Shown piece after piece: positions 18,401-32,598 of a stretch of 64,000 nt of DNA. Source of the DNA: Candidatus Avelusimicrobium pecoris (GTDB taxonomy: Bacteria > Elusimicrobiota > Elusimicrobia > Elusimicrobiales > Elusimicrobiaceae). The translations under genes were made by a program, and so were the position numbers. The notes below the pieces were generated by a model. The model did no database searches. It was not told where the DNA came from and saw only the letters and a list, made by a program, of their open reading frames with translations. The first letter of the stretch is position 1. Every line of letters begins with the position of its first letter. The stretch spans positions 4,179 to 68,178 of the forward strand of contig CACWMG010000002.1 of the NCBI GenBank assembly GCA_902761975.1, written 5' to 3'.

Positions 18401-18409
18401 GTGTAAGTT

Positions 18410-18571
18410 CTATTCAGCTGCTTTGAATTGGTCCTTGCCTACACCACACACCGGGCACACCCAATCTTCCTTCACATTCTCCCACGCCGTGCCGGCCGGT
18501 ACCCCGTTATCCGGGTCCCCGACGGCCGGGTCATACACATATCCACAAACTTCACATACGTATTTTACCAT
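18410..18571 (-). CDS. Rubredoxin (53 aa, not in ORF track)
   Basis: [53 protein letters not shown]; two CxxC; GGAG RBS. Confidence 0.97.
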   Translation of the reverse strand: MVKYVCEVCGYVYDPAVGDPDNGVPAGTAWENVKEDWVCPVCGVGKDQFKAAE

Positions 18572-18581
18572 ATACATTCTC

Positions 18582-19088
18582 CTATAAATGAGTTGCCCCC
18601 GCAGGGGTTTTACCCTTTATGACCGTATGATAATACGCATACGTCAAAGGGGGTTGTTGCTTAAAAACTTGTCCGGCCACGACGGGACCGATAAACAACG
18701 TGTGTGTGCCCACGTCCACCGATTGCTCCACACGCACTTCCAAACACGAGAGCGTATGTTCTTGGACAATCGGCGCGCCGGTTTGGCCTTTGGTAAAAGG
18801 CACTTTGGCAAATTTATCGTAATTGCGCCCGGTGCGAAACCCAAAATTACCAATAAACACCAGGGGCGTGGCTTGCTCAAGCGGCATGAGCGCAAAGACA
18901 CCGCTTTTGGAAATAATTTCGTGCGTGAAACTATTTTTACAGACGCAGACCGCTACTTGGGCCGGGTCCGCCGATACTTGAAACGCCGTATTGACAATGA
19001 GCCCGTTTTGACGGGCACCGTCTGCCGACGTAACTATATAAAGCCCGTAAGAAATACAGTTTAAACTATCACACACGCACGCGTCCAT
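18582..19088 (-). CDS. Flavin reductase-like protein
   Basis: [37 protein letters not shown]. Confidence 0.88.
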   Translation of the reverse strand: MDACVCDSLNCISYGLYIVTSADGARQNGLIVNTAFQVSADPAQVAVCVCKNSFTHEIISKSGVFALMPLEQATPLVFIGNFGFRTGRNYDKFAKVPFTKGQTGAPIVQEHTLSCLEVRVEQSVDVGTHTLFIGPVVAGQVFKQQPPLTYAYYHTVIKGKTPAGATHL

Positions 19089-20281
19089 TAGCCCAGTTTC
19101 TCCTGTAGTTTTTGGCTGACGAGTTGGCCTAATGCTTCACACTCTTTTAGTTTGGCCTCGTCGGGCACGAAGAGTGATTTGACCGCCGGGCTAACCACTT
19201 CTACGCCCATTTCTTCCAAATTTTTGGTGAGCCCGTCAATCGGGGCTCCGTTCCAACCGTACGAGCCAAACGCCGCGCCGATCAGGTTTTTCTTTTTAAG
19301 CCCTTTTAAGTAGCAAAGTACGTCGGCCATGGCGGGGTAAATTTGGCTGTTGAGTACCGGGGAGCCCACCAAAATAGCTCCGGCGTCTAACAGCTCGGTA
19401 ATGACGTCGCTGCGGTGGTTGGCGTGCATGGACATCAACTTGACGGTAGTGCCGTGTTGGCGTAGGCCGTCGGCAATGGATTGGGCCATTTTCTCGGTAC
19501 TGCCCCACATGGTGTCATAGACAATCACAGCTTTGTTAGTGGGTTTTTGGGCGGCCATTTGGGCGTACAAATCTACAATTTTAGACGGATCTTTACGCCA
19601 AATAAAACCGTGGTCCGGCGCAATAATTTTAGGATTTAAGCCCATTTGCTGGACTTGGCCCAAAAAGCGGGTGACAATATCGCTATACGGAAGCACGATA
19701 TTGGCGTAGTATTTGCGGGCCTCCTGGAGCCAGATGTGTTCGTCGTTCTCGTCGTCAAACAGTTTAGAGGTGGCCAGGTGCATGCCAAAAACGTCGTTGG
19801 TAAAAAGGACGTCTTCTTGGACGAGGTAGGCCAGCATACTGTCCGGCCAGTGGAGCATACGCGCTTCTACAAAGCAAAGAGTGTCGCTACCCAGGTCAAT
19901 TTTATCGCCGGTTTTGACGGCCTTGATTTCAAAGTTAGGGTGCAACTGCGCTTGCAAATTTTTAACCCCCATGGCCGAAGCATAGACGGCCGCGGGTTGC
20001 AGTTCCGCTACCGCTTGGCACAGCGCGCCCGAGTGGTCCATTTCCGCGTGATTTGAAATGATGATTTCTATTTTTTTGGGGTCAATCACGCTTTGGATGC
20101 GCGAAAGCATCTCGTGATAAAACGGTTTTTTGACGGTGTCAATTAAAGTGGGTTTTTCGCCTAAAATTAAGTACGCGTTATACGTGGTACCGCGCGTGGT
20201 GGCATAGCCGTGAAAATCGCGCAGGTTCCAATCAATCGCGCCCACCCAATAGACGTTGGGGGAAATTTGCATTGCTTTCAT
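19088..20281 (-). CDS. fprA: Flavodiiron protein (FprA-type O2/NO reductase)
   Basis: GTTYNAY, HAEMDHSG, HWPD, AFGSYGW. Confidence 0.95.
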   Translation of the reverse strand: MKAMQISPNVYWVGAIDWNLRDFHGYATTRGTTYNAYLILGEKPTLIDTVKKPFYHEMLSRIQSVIDPKKIEIIISNHAEMDHSGALCQAVAELQPAAVYASAMGVKNLQAQLHPNFEIKAVKTGDKIDLGSDTLCFVEARMLHWPDSMLAYLVQEDVLFTNDVFGMHLATSKLFDDENDEHIWLQEARKYYANIVLPYSDIVTRFLGQVQQMGLNPKIIAPDHGFIWRKDPSKIVDLYAQMAAQKPTNKAVIVYDTMWGSTEKMAQSIADGLRQHGTTVKLMSMHANHRSDVITELLDAGAILVGSPVLNSQIYPAMADVLCYLKGLKKKNLIGAAFGSYGWNGAPIDGLTKNLEEMGVEVVSPAVKSLFVPDEAKLKECEALGQLVSQKLQEKLG

Positions 20282-20335
20282 AGTTGCTGACTCCTTACGG
20301 CCCCCGCGTCGGGCGGGGGCGTTGGTTACATTATA

Positions 20336-20722
20336 TTATTTTTTGCTCTGCCACAGGCCGTGTAAGTTGCAATACTCGCGCGCGGTGACATCGTCCGAGC
20401 AGGCCTTGAAGGTAACTTGGGCCGGGTCGCCCGGTTTGATATAGGCGCGCTGGACTTGGTGGCACCGGTTGCAAATCAGCTCAATAAATTCAATGTGATG
20501 CTCGGCAGTGGCCGGGTGCGGCACCGAGCCCACTTTGACGAGGTAACCCTCGGCTGTTTTTTCTAACACCGGTACGTGCTTTTCGGCCGCGCCGTCGGTC
20601 TCCCCCGCTACCATTTTGTGCATGGGCTTGCCACAACACGAAAGTTCACCCGCCGAAGCGTGCACCACTTCTACCATGTTTCCACAGACGGTGCATTTGT
20701 AAATTTCGTTTAAGTTGGTCAT
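20336..20722 (-). CDS. dfx: Desulfoferrodoxin / superoxide reductase
   Basis: CTVCGN..CCG, EKHVP, CNLHGLW. Confidence 0.95.
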   Translation of the reverse strand: MTNLNEIYKCTVCGNMVEVVHASAGELSCCGKPMHKMVAGETDGAAEKHVPVLEKTAEGYLVKVGSVPHPATAEHHIEFIELICNRCHQVQRAYIKPGDPAQVTFKACSDDVTAREYCNLHGLWQSKK

Positions 20723-20979
20723 ATCGTCCCCCTATTGAATGAATTTATTACTTATTATAACATAGGTGCAAAAGGGTTTGGCAACCTAAAAAATTGATTA
20801 GTTTTTCCAAAATTCAGCATAAATTTTGAGTTTTGGTGCTACAGTACCCCAAGGGCCCCTTTTTAAAAAAATACCTATAATCCCCGTTTTTATGCGTTTT
20901 TGGGCATATTATAAATTTTACCCCATTGAAAAATGGGGGGAGAAGTGGTACAATAAGAGAAGTTATTTTTGTGAGGATC

Positions 20980-22353
20980 ATGGCAGTGGATAATTTTCAA
21001 CTGGACAGCGCACTGCTGCCCATATTCCAAGAAGTAGAACAGATTATTGGAAAAGAAACCTACGATTTGTGGTTTAAAGCGGCCGGGTTTATATTGGAAG
21101 GAACGGTACTACGGGTAACTATCCCTAATGCGACGTGGGGACAGACCATCCAGTCGCGCTATGAGAATATTATTAAGGATGCTTTTTTAAAACATACCGG
21201 CGCTACGATTACGGTGCAATATACGGTAGATACCACCCCCGCCCCGGTAATCCCGGCTATTGTGTCGGCCCAAGATGTAATTTCGTCCGTGCCGCAAACG
21301 GTAACCCCTGTCGTCAACCCGTTTGCCGCGCGCTTTAACCCCCATTATACGTTTGATAATTTTATTGAGTCCCCCGCCAACCGCTTTGCCTATAAAGCGG
21401 CGCAAGCTGTGGTGGGAAAACTGGGCGCACGCGAAAATAATCCGCTGGTCATTTATTCCGCCCCGGGGCTGGGTAAAACCCATTTACTCCAAGCCATCGG
21501 TAACCAGATTTTAAAACAAAACCCGCAGGCAAAAGTGATGTATATGTCCGGCGAGGAATTTGTGAACGAATATATTGAATCCATGTACCAAAAAACCGGA
21601 GATGCCTTCCGCAAAAAGTACCGGTTTTTGGATTGTTTTTTAGTAGATGATATCCAATTTGTAGTAGGCAAACAATATAGTTCGGAAGCGTTTTTTTACA
21701 CGTTTAATACCCTTTTTGAAAGCGGAAAACAAATTGTGTTATCTTCCGATCGGTCCCCACAACAACTAGAGTGGGATGAGCGTTTATCCTCTCGTTTGTT
21801 AAGCGGAATTAGTACCGAAATTAAAAAACCTAACGTGGAGGCGCGTATTGCGATTTTACGCCAAAAGCGCGACTCTATGAATTTTATTGTGGGCGACGAC
21901 GTCATTACGTTTTTAGCCGAGGGCATTCAAACCAATATCCGTGAGCTGGAAGGCGCACTGATCCGCTTGCGGGCTTACTGCACTACGCACAGTGTGACCC
22001 CGACAATCCCTATTGCTAAGGAATTATTAGGTGATTTACTGGTAGATGAAAATAAGGTAAATGTTTCTATTAACGTCATTAAAAAGGTGGTGGGAAAACA
22101 CTTTAATGTGCGGATGGAAGATTTTAATGCCAAGAAAAAAACCCAGTCTATTGCGTGGCCGCGCCAAATTGCTATGTATTTGGCTACGGAACTGACGGAA
22201 CTATCCCTGCCGGAAATTGGACGCGAATTTAACCGCGACCACAGCACCGTGTTACATGCGCGGGATGTAGTAAAGGATAAAATTGAGGCCGACCCGTTTT
22301 TTAGTGCCGAAATTAACCAAATTGTGGCGGATGTACAAGCTGTGGGTAAGTAG
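20980..22353 (+). CDS. dnaA: Replication initiator DnaA
   Basis: [37 protein letters not shown]; GAGG RBS before ATG 20980. Confidence 0.97.
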   Translation: MAVDNFQLDSALLPIFQEVEQIIGKETYDLWFKAAGFILEGTVLRVTIPNATWGQTIQSRYENIIKDAFLKHTGATITVQYTVDTTPAPVIPAIVSAQDVISSVPQTVTPVVNPFAARFNPHYTFDNFIESPANRFAYKAAQAVVGKLGARENNPLVIYSAPGLGKTHLLQAIGNQILKQNPQAKVMYMSGEEFVNEYIESMYQKTGDAFRKKYRFLDCFLVDDIQFVVGKQYSSEAFFYTFNTLFESGKQIVLSSDRSPQQLEWDERLSSRLLSGISTEIKKPNVEARIAILRQKRDSMNFIVGDDVITFLAEGIQTNIRELEGALIRLRAYCTTHSVTPTIPIAKELLGDLLVDENKVNVSINVIKKVVGKHFNVRMEDFNAKKKTQSIAWPRQIAMYLATELTELSLPEIGREFNRDHSTVLHARDVVKDKIEADPFFSAEINQIVADVQAVGK

Positions 22354-22505
22354 TGGATAATCTGTGAAAAAGCGGATTTGAAAAGATAAAAATGTGGATA
22401 ATGTGGAAAAGTGAAGACAGATATGCACAGAAAGCAGAAGGAAAGGTGTATCTAGGTTATGCACAGTATGCACATTATGCACAGGACATATAAATAAGGA
22501 TTATT
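22341..22505. other. Predicted oriC (DnaA-box cluster)
   Basis: TGTGGATAA 22393, TTATGCACA 22457 and 22475, near matches at 22341, 22352, 22402, 22421, 22466; dnaA-dnaN spacer. Confidence 0.85.
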
Positions 22506-23612
22506 ATGAAAATAAATATTACTAAATCTACACTGCTGGAAGGTCTGCAGGTAATTTCTTCGGGTGTTTCGGCCCGGACGACGTTGCCTATCTTGCATAA
22601 CTTTTTGATGGAAACGCAAGGGGGAAAGTTAAAGTTGGTACGCACGGATATGGAAATGGCTACCGTGCATTTTATACCGGCAGAAGTGGTGGAAGAGGGT
22701 AGTATTACAGCTCCGCTTAAGGAATTTGCCGATATTGTAAAAAATTTGCCGGATGATAAAGAAATTACACTCACCACAGATGAGAATAATAAGGTGCATA
22801 TTAAGGCGGGTAAAAGTAAGTTTTGGGTAATTGGAACGCCAAAGGCGGAATACCCGGCGATCCCGGAAATTGAGAAGAATAATCGGTTAGAGTTGGACCC
22901 GGTGCTTTTACAACAAATGGTAGAAAAAACGGCGTTTTCCGCCTCTACCCAAGAGACGCGTTATATTTTAAACGGGCTATTGTGGAGCCATGATGCCAAC
23001 GGATTTGAAGTGGTGGCCACAGACGGCGGACGTTTAGCCGTAGCCAGCCAAACTGCGCTGGGTAGCAGTGAATTTAAGGTAATTATTCCCACGAAAATTT
23101 TAACGGAAGTGTGCCGGTTTATTGGCATTGTAAAGCCGGAAAAAGAGGATAAAATTGAGGTGAACGTAGCCGCCAACCAAGTGAGTTTTATTTTAAAGGA
23201 AACGACGTTTATTTCACGCCTGATTGAGGGGAACTTCCCCAATTATAAACAGGTAATCCCAACGAAAACAACGGTAAAATTTGAGTGTTTTGTAAAGGAA
23301 CTCTTGGCCTCTACCCGCCGGGCCGCGTTGTGTGCGGGCGAATTTGGAAGCATTGTGAAGTATAAGGTGGAAAATAATGTGCTGACCGTGTCTTCCAATT
23401 CCCAAAATATGGACTTTACGGATGAAATCCCCGTGGAATATGGCGGGGAGGCGTTTGAAACCAATTTTAAGCCGCAATATATTATTGACGTACTGAAAAA
23501 TATATCGGCCGATAAAGTATCGTTTGCGTTTGTCAATGCGTCGCAACCGGTGCTGATTGAACCGGTTGAAGATAAGACGTTTAGGTACGTGATTATGCCA
23601 ATGCGGGCCTAA
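22506..23612 (+). CDS. dnaN: DNA polymerase III beta clamp
   Basis: TLPIL, RYILNG, VATDGGRLA, SRLIEGNFPNY, VIMPMR. Confidence 0.97.
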   Translation: MKINITKSTLLEGLQVISSGVSARTTLPILHNFLMETQGGKLKLVRTDMEMATVHFIPAEVVEEGSITAPLKEFADIVKNLPDDKEITLTTDENNKVHIKAGKSKFWVIGTPKAEYPAIPEIEKNNRLELDPVLLQQMVEKTAFSASTQETRYILNGLLWSHDANGFEVVATDGGRLAVASQTALGSSEFKVIIPTKILTEVCRFIGIVKPEKEDKIEVNVAANQVSFILKETTFISRLIEGNFPNYKQVIPTKTTVKFECFVKELLASTRRAALCAGEFGSIVKYKVENNVLTVSSNSQNMDFTDEIPVEYGGEAFETNFKPQYIIDVLKNISADKVSFAFVNASQPVLIEPVEDKTFRYVIMPMRA

Positions 23613-23614
23613 GT

Positions 23615-23908
23615 ATGTGGCATCCTGCCGTTAAAAAACAGTGGCGTAGCAGCCAAGAACTGGCCGCCCACCGTAGTACACTGGGACGCAGTTTAAACCG
23701 CTTAATGGTACTAGATTATGTGTGGACCCAGTTGGTGGGGAACAAAGGCCGGTTTTGGGTGTTGCATGCTGTTAAAAAAGATACGCTTTACGTGCAGGTA
23801 AAAGTGTCGGTAGCGAAAAACGAACTAACTACCAAACGGCGTTGGTTAATTAGTGAGCTTAATAAACATTTTGATACGCCGTGGATTAAACATATTGAAA
23901 TCATTTAA
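23615..23908 (+). CDS. DUF721/DciA family protein
   Basis: WTQLVG..LYVQV..KNEL..LISELN pattern; position between dnaN and gyrB. Confidence 0.65.
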   Translation: MWHPAVKKQWRSSQELAAHRSTLGRSLNRLMVLDYVWTQLVGNKGRFWVLHAVKKDTLYVQVKVSVAKNELTTKRRWLISELNKHFDTPWIKHIEII

Positions 23909-23920
23909 CAGGAGTTGTAG

Positions 23921-26395
<2,475 letters not shown>

Positions 26396-26430
26396 CGCGT
26401 ACGGCCCACCGTTATTAGGAGAAATTTGAA

Positions 26431-28974
26431 ATGAGTGAAGAATTAAATAACCCGCAACAAGAAGTAAATGTAAAAGTGGATTTGTTTAGCGACATTGAAC
26501 AGCGCGATATTGCCACGGAAATGCGCTCGTACTATATTGACTACGCCATGAGCGTCATTGTAGGGCGTGCACTGCCCGACGTGCGCGACGGCTTAAAACC
26601 CGTACACCGCCGGGTACTTTATTCCATGAACGAAATGGGGCTTAAATACAACCGCCCCTATAAGAAATCGGCCCGTGTAGTGGGCGACGTGTTGGGTAAA
26701 TATCACCCGCACGGAGACACCGCCGTGTATGATACGCTGGTGCGTATGGCGCAAGATTTTTCTATCCGCGAGCCGCTGGTGGACGGACAGGGAAACTTCG
26801 GCTCCATTGACGGAGACTCCGCCGCCGCCATGCGTTATACCGAGTGCCGCTTGGAAAAAATTGCCGACACCATGCTAGACGATTTGGACAAAGATACCGT
26901 CAAAATGATTCCAAACTACGACGGCTCTTTGTTGGAACCCTCCGTACTGCCCGCGAAACTGCCTGCGTTGCTAGTCAACGGCTCGGCCGGGATTGCCGTA
27001 GGCATGGCAACCAACATTCCTACCCACAACTTGGGCGAAGTGTGCGACGGGATTATTGCCTACATCAAAAACCCGGACATCACCACCAAAGAGATGATGA
27101 AAATCATCAAAGGGCCGGATTTTCCGACGGGTGCTACCATCCGCGGGACCAAGGCCATTTACGAGTATTTTGAAACCGGCCACGGCAGCGTAAAAGTGCA
27201 AGCCGATACCGAAATTGAAGAACGTAAAGGCGGCCGCCAAGCCATTATTGTAACGGCGATTCCGTATCAGGTAAATAAAACGTCTTTGATTGAAAGCATT
27301 GTGGGCTTGGTGCGCGATAAAAAAGTAACCGATATTGCCGATATCCGCGACGAGTCGGACCGCCGGGGTATGCGCCTGGTAATTGAAGTAAAACGCGACG
27401 GTAACGCCCAAGTGGTGCTCAACCATTTGTTTAAACATACGCAACTGCAAACCACGTTCCCCGTCAATATGCTAGCCATTGTGGACGGGCGGCCGCGGGT
27501 GCTTTCCCTTAAAGAAGTCATGAAGGCGTATGTAAAACACCGCCAGGAAGTAATTACCAACCGCACGAAATTTGACCTCAACAAAGCGCAAAAACGCGAA
27601 CACATTTTAAGCGGGTTACTTATTGCCATTGCCAATATGGATGAAGTGGTGGCTATTATCCGCAACGCCAAAGACCCGACCGAGGCCAAATTTACCTTGA
27701 TGAAACGCTTTACCTTGACCGAAGTGCAAGCGCAAGCGATCTTGGATATGCGGTTGCATCAACTGACCCAACTTTCTAGCTTGGCGATTGAAAACGAACG
27801 CAAAGATTTACTAAAACTCATTGCCGACTTGCAAGCCATTTTGGCAAGCCCGCAAAAGATTTTAGACATCATTGTGGAAGAACTCACGCAACTTAAAAAA
27901 GACTTTGACGACCCGCGCCGTACCAAAATTGGGCCGGATATGGAAGACTTCTCTATGGAAGATTTCATTGAGAAGGAAGATGTGGTCATTACCTTGTCTA
28001 ACGACGGGTATGCCAAACGCATTCCGCTTTCCACCTACCGCAGCCAAAACCGCGGCGGCAAAGGCATTATTGGCAGTAAGACCAAAGAAGAGGACTTTAT
28101 GGAAAACCTCTTTATCACGTCTTCACACGCCACCATTTTGATGTTCACCAACCGCGGACGTGCGTTCCAACTGCGCGCGTTTGAAATCCCGGAAGGCAAC
28201 CGTATGTCTAAGGGCAAGGCACTGGTTAATTTACTCCAACTGACCGGCGAGGAAAAAGTAACCTCTACCTTAGCCATTGAGGACTTTAACCCGGCTGAAC
28301 ACGACGAGAGTGAACAGGCCTATTTAACCATGTGTACCCGCTTGGGCACCATTAAACGCGTGGCACTTAAAGAGTTTGCCAACATCCGCCGCAGTGGGCT
28401 TATTGCCATTGGCTTGGAAGAGGGCGACGTGCTGATTAGCGTGCAGATGACGTTTGGTAAGAGCGATATTTTAGTGGCTACCCAAAACGGTAAATCCATC
28501 CGCTTTGACGAAAACGAAGTGCGTGCCATGGGCCGCCAAGCCCGCGGCGTGCGCGCGATTGCGTTGGAAGACGGCGACGTAGTGGTGGGCATGGAACAGG
28601 CCCCCAACGACGGCTCCGTTCAGCCCGACGTGCTTTCCGTATGTGAAAACGGGTTTGGCAAACGTACCGAATTTAGCGAGTACAAACGCCAACACCGCGG
28701 CGGCATGGGGGTCATTACCATTAAAACCACCGCCCGCAACGGCAAAGTAGTGGGGATTAAACTGGTGGACGAATCCAAAGACCTCATGATTATTACCGAG
28801 AAAGGCATGACCATCCGGTTGCGCTGTGGGGATATTAGCTCCGTCGGGCGCAACACGCAAGGGGTAACCTTGGCCAAGATGGAAGAGGGCGACAAGATTG
28901 CCCGGATTGCGCCGGTAGTAAAGACGGAGGAAGAGGAAAACACAGAGGAACCCACAAAGGAACCCGCGAAATAA
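26431..28974 (+). CDS. gyrA: DNA gyrase subunit A
   Basis: [14 protein letters not shown], GyrA box QNRGGKG. Confidence 0.98.
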   Translation: MSEELNNPQQEVNVKVDLFSDIEQRDIATEMRSYYIDYAMSVIVGRALPDVRDGLKPVHRRVLYSMNEMGLKYNRPYKKSARVVGDVLGKYHPHGDTAVYDTLVRMAQDFSIREPLVDGQGNFGSIDGDSAAAMRYTECRLEKIADTMLDDLDKDTVKMIPNYDGSLLEPSVLPAKLPALLVNGSAGIAVGMATNIPTHNLGEVCDGIIAYIKNPDITTKEMMKIIKGPDFPTGATIRGTKAIYEYFETGHGSVKVQADTEIEERKGGRQAIIVTAIPYQVNKTSLIESIVGLVRDKKVTDIADIRDESDRRGMRLVIEVKRDGNAQVVLNHLFKHTQLQTTFPVNMLAIVDGRPRVLSLKEVMKAYVKHRQEVITNRTKFDLNKAQKREHILSGLLIAIANMDEVVAIIRNAKDPTEAKFTLMKRFTLTEVQAQAILDMRLHQLTQLSSLAIENERKDLLKLIADLQAILASPQKILDIIVEELTQLKKDFDDPRRTKIGPDMEDFSMEDFIEKEDVVITLSNDGYAKRIPLSTYRSQNRGGKGIIGSKTKEEDFMENLFITSSHATILMFTNRGRAFQLRAFEIPEGNRMSKGKALVNLLQLTGEEKVTSTLAIEDFNPAEHDESEQAYLTMCTRLGTIKRVALKEFANIRRSGLIAIGLEEGDVLISVQMTFGKSDILVATQNGKSIRFDENEVRAMGRQARGVRAIALEDGDVVVGMEQAPNDGSVQPDVLSVCENGFGKRTEFSEYKRQHRGGMGVITIKTTARNGKVVGIKLVDESKDLMIITEKGMTIRLRCGDISSVGRNTQGVTLAKMEEGDKIARIAPVVKTEEEENTEEPTKEPAK

Positions 28975-28976
28975 CG

Positions 28977-29112
28977 GTTTCCAAATTTGAACCCTAAGCC
29001 GCCGATTTGCCCACCTCGCGTACCTGCAATGCTGACGCATTGTCTTGCAGATGTACGCCACGGGGCAACATACGGCGGCTTTTATGCCGTCCGCAGGACC
29101 AAATTTGGAAAC
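28977..29112. repeat. Long foldback (ERIC-like) element
   Basis: GTTTCCAAATTTG..TAAGCCGCCG / CGGCGGCTT..CAAATTTGGAAAC; one arm is also at 18200-18243. Confidence 0.75.
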
Positions 29113-29147
29113 AGGGGCAATGTTTCCTTTACACTGCGCTTTTTTTA

Positions 29148-29385
29148 CGGCGGACGCGATTATCCATTAACCGCACACGGGCACAAACAAAAAGTTTGAG
29201 CCCGTGTGTCTTTTTCAGCGATACAATTTTCCAAAACCGGGCCATTTTGACGTACCTTGGGCTTGACGTGTCATCCAGACACGCCTATGCGCCCAACTTG
29301 TCCGCCAAACTGACCTCGGTTTTGAAAAATCATCTTATCTTCTATTTTACCCGGTGCTTGGGGAAGAGCGGTGTTTTAGGTTGAC
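29148..29385 (-). repeat. Dispersed rod-hairpin element, copy 3
   Basis: Near-identical rod to copy 2; different 3' hairpin 29174-29208. Confidence 0.88.
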
Positions 29386-29485
29386 TCTACCGTGTGTTTG
29401 CAAGGGCGATAATAAAAAAGGGTGCGGAAAAAGCTTTACAACACCGCCGGAAAATTAGTATAAAAAATGTGGGGGATGAAATTTC

Positions 29486-30943
29486 ATGCGCAGTAATCCG
29501 CACATTTTGGAAATCAATGCACGCTCGTGGCTTAAACGCCATGCGGCGCGTGCCGGCCATCCGGTAACGCTGGCCGATATCCCCGCCGACGTGTGGGATA
29601 AAATCCAAAAAACCGGATTTGATGCCGTGTGGCTCATGGGCGTGTGGAAACGCAGCCCGGCGGCTGAAAAAATTGCGCGTGAAAACCAAGATATTACCTC
29701 CTATGTGCGCTCGGTAAAGCCCGATTTTTCCATGGACGATATTGCCGCTTCCCCGTATGCGGTGTATGAATATACCGTGGACGAAGCGTTAGGCGGAAAC
29801 GAGGCCTTGGCCGAGTTTCGCAAACAACTCAACGAGCGTGGCATCCAACTGTTTTTAGATTTTGTCGGCAACCATACCGCTATTGATTCACCGGCGGTAA
29901 CACAGCACCCGGAGCTGTTTATTACCACCGGGAAAAATGCACCGCATATCCACCCCGATTGGTTTTTTAAAACCCAAAAAGGCGACTACATCGCCCATGG
30001 GCGCGACCCGTATTTTGCCCCGTGGACCGATACCGCGCAACTTAATTACTTTAACCCGCAAACGCGCGATTTTATGACGCAAAAACTTCTGCAAGTGGCC
30101 GCTATGTGCGACGGCGTGCGCTGTGATATGGCCATGCTGTCGTTAAACAAAGTACAGCGCGATACGTGGTGGGAGTTTATCGGCGGGGAACTGCCGCGTG
30201 AAGAATTTTGGACGCAAGCCTTAAACGCCGTGCGCGCCGAACACCCGGAATTTGTATTTATGGCCGAAGTATATTGGGGCTTGGAGTGGGATATCCAGGA
30301 ATTAGGATTTGATTACACATACGACAAAGTGTTGTATGACCGCTTACGCTTTGCCGACGCGGACAGTATCCGCGGGCACTTACGGGCGGAACACTTATTC
30401 CAAATGCGTTCCTTGCGCTTTATTGCCAACCACGACGAGGAAGAGCCCCTCAAAGCCTTTGGGCGCGAAAAATCTTTAGCGGCCGCCACGATTATTGCTA
30501 CCTTGCCCGGGGCGCGGCTATTCCACTTGTTCCAACTGTTAGGGCGTCCCGTGCGTATGCCGATTCAATATGTAAATGACGATTTTACCGTGGATGAGCC
30601 GGTGGAACAGTATTACTGGAAGATTTTGGAAATTGTGTCCGACCCGGCGTTCCACGGCGGACAATGGGCCCTGAAAGAAAGTATCCCCGTGTATGCGGGC
30701 GAAAATACCTGCCATAACATTTTGTGTTGGCAATGGAAACAACGCCATACCGGCAAGTTTGTCATCATCAATTACAGCGAAAACCCGGCCCAATGCCGCG
30801 TGCCTTTTAAGGGAATTGCCGACTATAAAGTGCGCGAAGAAATAGAAGGAAAAGAATTTAATTTGCCGCCTGAACTGGTTGCGCAGGGGATGGAGTTGGT
30901 GTTAAAACCCTACGAATGCAAAATTTTTACGTTTAGTATTTGA
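29486..30943 (+). CDS. GH13 alpha-amylase family glycoside hydrolase
   Basis: LDFVGNH, DGVRCDMA, AEVYW, FIANHDE conserved regions. Confidence 0.92.
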   Translation: MRSNPHILEINARSWLKRHAARAGHPVTLADIPADVWDKIQKTGFDAVWLMGVWKRSPAAEKIARENQDITSYVRSVKPDFSMDDIAASPYAVYEYTVDEALGGNEALAEFRKQLNERGIQLFLDFVGNHTAIDSPAVTQHPELFITTGKNAPHIHPDWFFKTQKGDYIAHGRDPYFAPWTDTAQLNYFNPQTRDFMTQKLLQVAAMCDGVRCDMAMLSLNKVQRDTWWEFIGGELPREEFWTQALNAVRAEHPEFVFMAEVYWGLEWDIQELGFDYTYDKVLYDRLRFADADSIRGHLRAEHLFQMRSLRFIANHDEEEPLKAFGREKSLAAATIIATLPGARLFHLFQLLGRPVRMPIQYVNDDFTVDEPVEQYYWKILEIVSDPAFHGGQWALKESIPVYAGENTCHNILCWQWKQRHTGKFVIINYSENPAQCRVPFKGIADYKVREEIEGKEFNLPPELVAQGMELVLKPYECKIFTFSI

Positions 30944-30974
30944 TAACAACGGGCGCGAAGTATCTTTTCAGTCA

Positions 30975-31188
30975 TACAAAACCTAAAACATAATGTTTTA
31001 GGTTTTGTACTTTTCTGCGATACAATTTTCCAAAATCTGCCTATTTGCGCGTCCCTGCCCGCTCGTAGCACCTAGCAGTGCAACTTCGGGGCACTTGCCC
31101 GCACAACTAGGCTAGATTTTGAAAAATCATCTTATCCTCTACGGTACCTTGTACTTGGGGAAAAACGGACTGCTGTACAGGTTGTACG
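30975..31188 (-). repeat. Dispersed rod-hairpin element, copy 4
   Basis: Homologous to copy 1 with compensatory changes; hairpin 30975-31009. Confidence 0.85.
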
Positions 31189-31356
31189 AAAGTATGGCAA
31201 AGCTGTCTGCTGAGTATTTTGCCCAGTAATGTTGCGTGTGTGAAACTTCCCTTTTAAAGAGCCCTAATTTTGGCATTTCTTTTCCTAAAAATTTTTTGTG
31301 AAAAAATGGGTCATTTTTTTTATAATGTAAATAGATAGTTTGATAGGAGAAAAACA

Positions 31357-31581
31357 ATGCCTTATAAGCCGTTTGGCACCCGGGACCAGTTGGAAATACT
31401 TTCCTTAGGGACCGAGCTGGCGTTGACCGAGATAATCGGCGCGGCGGTGGGGTATTGGCTAGACATAAAACTGGGTACGTTGCCGTGGTGTTTGGTGGGC
31501 GGCGTGCTAATTGGATTTGTGCTGAGCTTGGTACGCATTACGAGCATAGCTAAAGGCGCGAGGAAAAATGGACGTAGCTGA
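31357..31581 (+). CDS. AtpZ/AtpI family small membrane protein
   Basis: GYWLD..LGTLPW motif; first gene of the atp operon. Confidence 0.8.
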   Translation: MPYKPFGTRDQLEILSLGTELALTEIIGAAVGYWLDIKLGTLPWCLVGGVLIGFVLSLVRITSIAKGARKNGRS

Positions 31582-32329
31582 AACCATATCTCATCATATT
31601 TTAGACCACGACTGGGGCGTTGCCTTAGGCGGGCTACGCTTGCCCATTACAACGCACTCTGTAACGATTTTTTGCGTGAGCGTGCTATTGCTGTTGGGCC
31701 TGGCCTGGGCCGCACGCAAACATACCAGCCGCGGCGGGAAACTTGTTTCCGTGCTCATGGAAGAATATGTTTCGTTCATCCGCGGAGGCATTGTGCTACC
31801 TAACATGGGCCCCGAAGGACGCAGTATGCTACCGTATTTCTGCACGCTGTTTTTATTTATTTTATGCGTCAATTTGGCCGGGATGATCCCCGAAATGAAA
31901 ACCGCTACGTCTAACATTTCGGTAACGGCCGCGCTGGCACTTTGTTCGGGCGCGCTTATTATAGGAAGCGGCTTAAAATTCCACGGACTTATTGGGTTTT
32001 TAAAAGGGTTTGTGCCGTCGGGCACGCCGGGGTGGCTCATTCCGCTTATTTTCCCGCTGGAAGTAGTGAGCTTAATTATTAAAGTGTGCGTGCTTGCTAT
32101 CCGTTTATTTGCCAATATGCTTTCAGGCCACATGGTGCTGATTTGTTTGCTGCTCATTATTTTTATCATTGGCGAGATGAGCAAACTATTTGGCGTGGTG
32201 TCTATGGTGCCCGCCATGGCGTTAGAGATTTTTATGACGTGTTTGGAGTTGTTGGTGGCCTTTTTACAGGCGTATGTGTTTACCTTGCTGACCGCTATTT
32301 TTGCGGGCTCGGTCATTCACACCCACTAA
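31568..32329 (+). CDS. atpB: ATP synthase subunit a
   Basis: LAIRLFANM, QAYVFTLL. Confidence 0.95.
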   Translation: MDVAETISHHILDHDWGVALGGLRLPITTHSVTIFCVSVLLLLGLAWAARKHTSRGGKLVSVLMEEYVSFIRGGIVLPNMGPEGRSMLPYFCTLFLFILCVNLAGMIPEMKTATSNISVTAALALCSGALIIGSGLKFHGLIGFLKGFVPSGTPGWLIPLIFPLEVVSLIIKVCVLAIRLFANMLSGHMVLICLLLIIFIIGEMSKLFGVVSMVPAMALEIFMTCLELLVAFLQAYVFTLLTAIFAGSVIHTH

Positions 32330-32364
32330 ATTTAAAAGGGGCGTTTGCCCAAAGGAGAAAACGT

Positions 32365-32595
32365 ATGGAATTAGTTGCACTGAAATATATTGCCGCCGGT
32401 ATTGGTGCCGGTTTAGTAGTGTTAGGGGCCGGGTTTGGCTTAGGTAAAATTGGGGCGGCCGCCTTGGAAGGCGCGGCCCGTCAACCCGAAGCCGCCGGCG
32501 ATTTACGCACGACCATGATTATTATTGCTGCCTTGTTAGAAGGGGCTGCCATGTTGGGGCTGGTTATCTGCCTCTTAACCATGGTCATGAAATAA
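32365..32595 (+). CDS. atpE: ATP synthase subunit c
   Basis: GxGxG, ARQPE, ALLEG; AGGAG RBS before ATG 32365. Confidence 0.95.
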   Translation: MELVALKYIAAGIGAGLVVLGAGFGLGKIGAAALEGAARQPEAAGDLRTTMIIIAALLEGAAMLGLVICLLTMVMK

Positions 32596-32598
32596 GCT

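Noticed and set aside
32365-32595. Na+-coupled ATP synthase
   Set aside because: The c subunit has LLEGAA and lacks the Q..E(S/T) sodium-binding signature; likely H+-coupled
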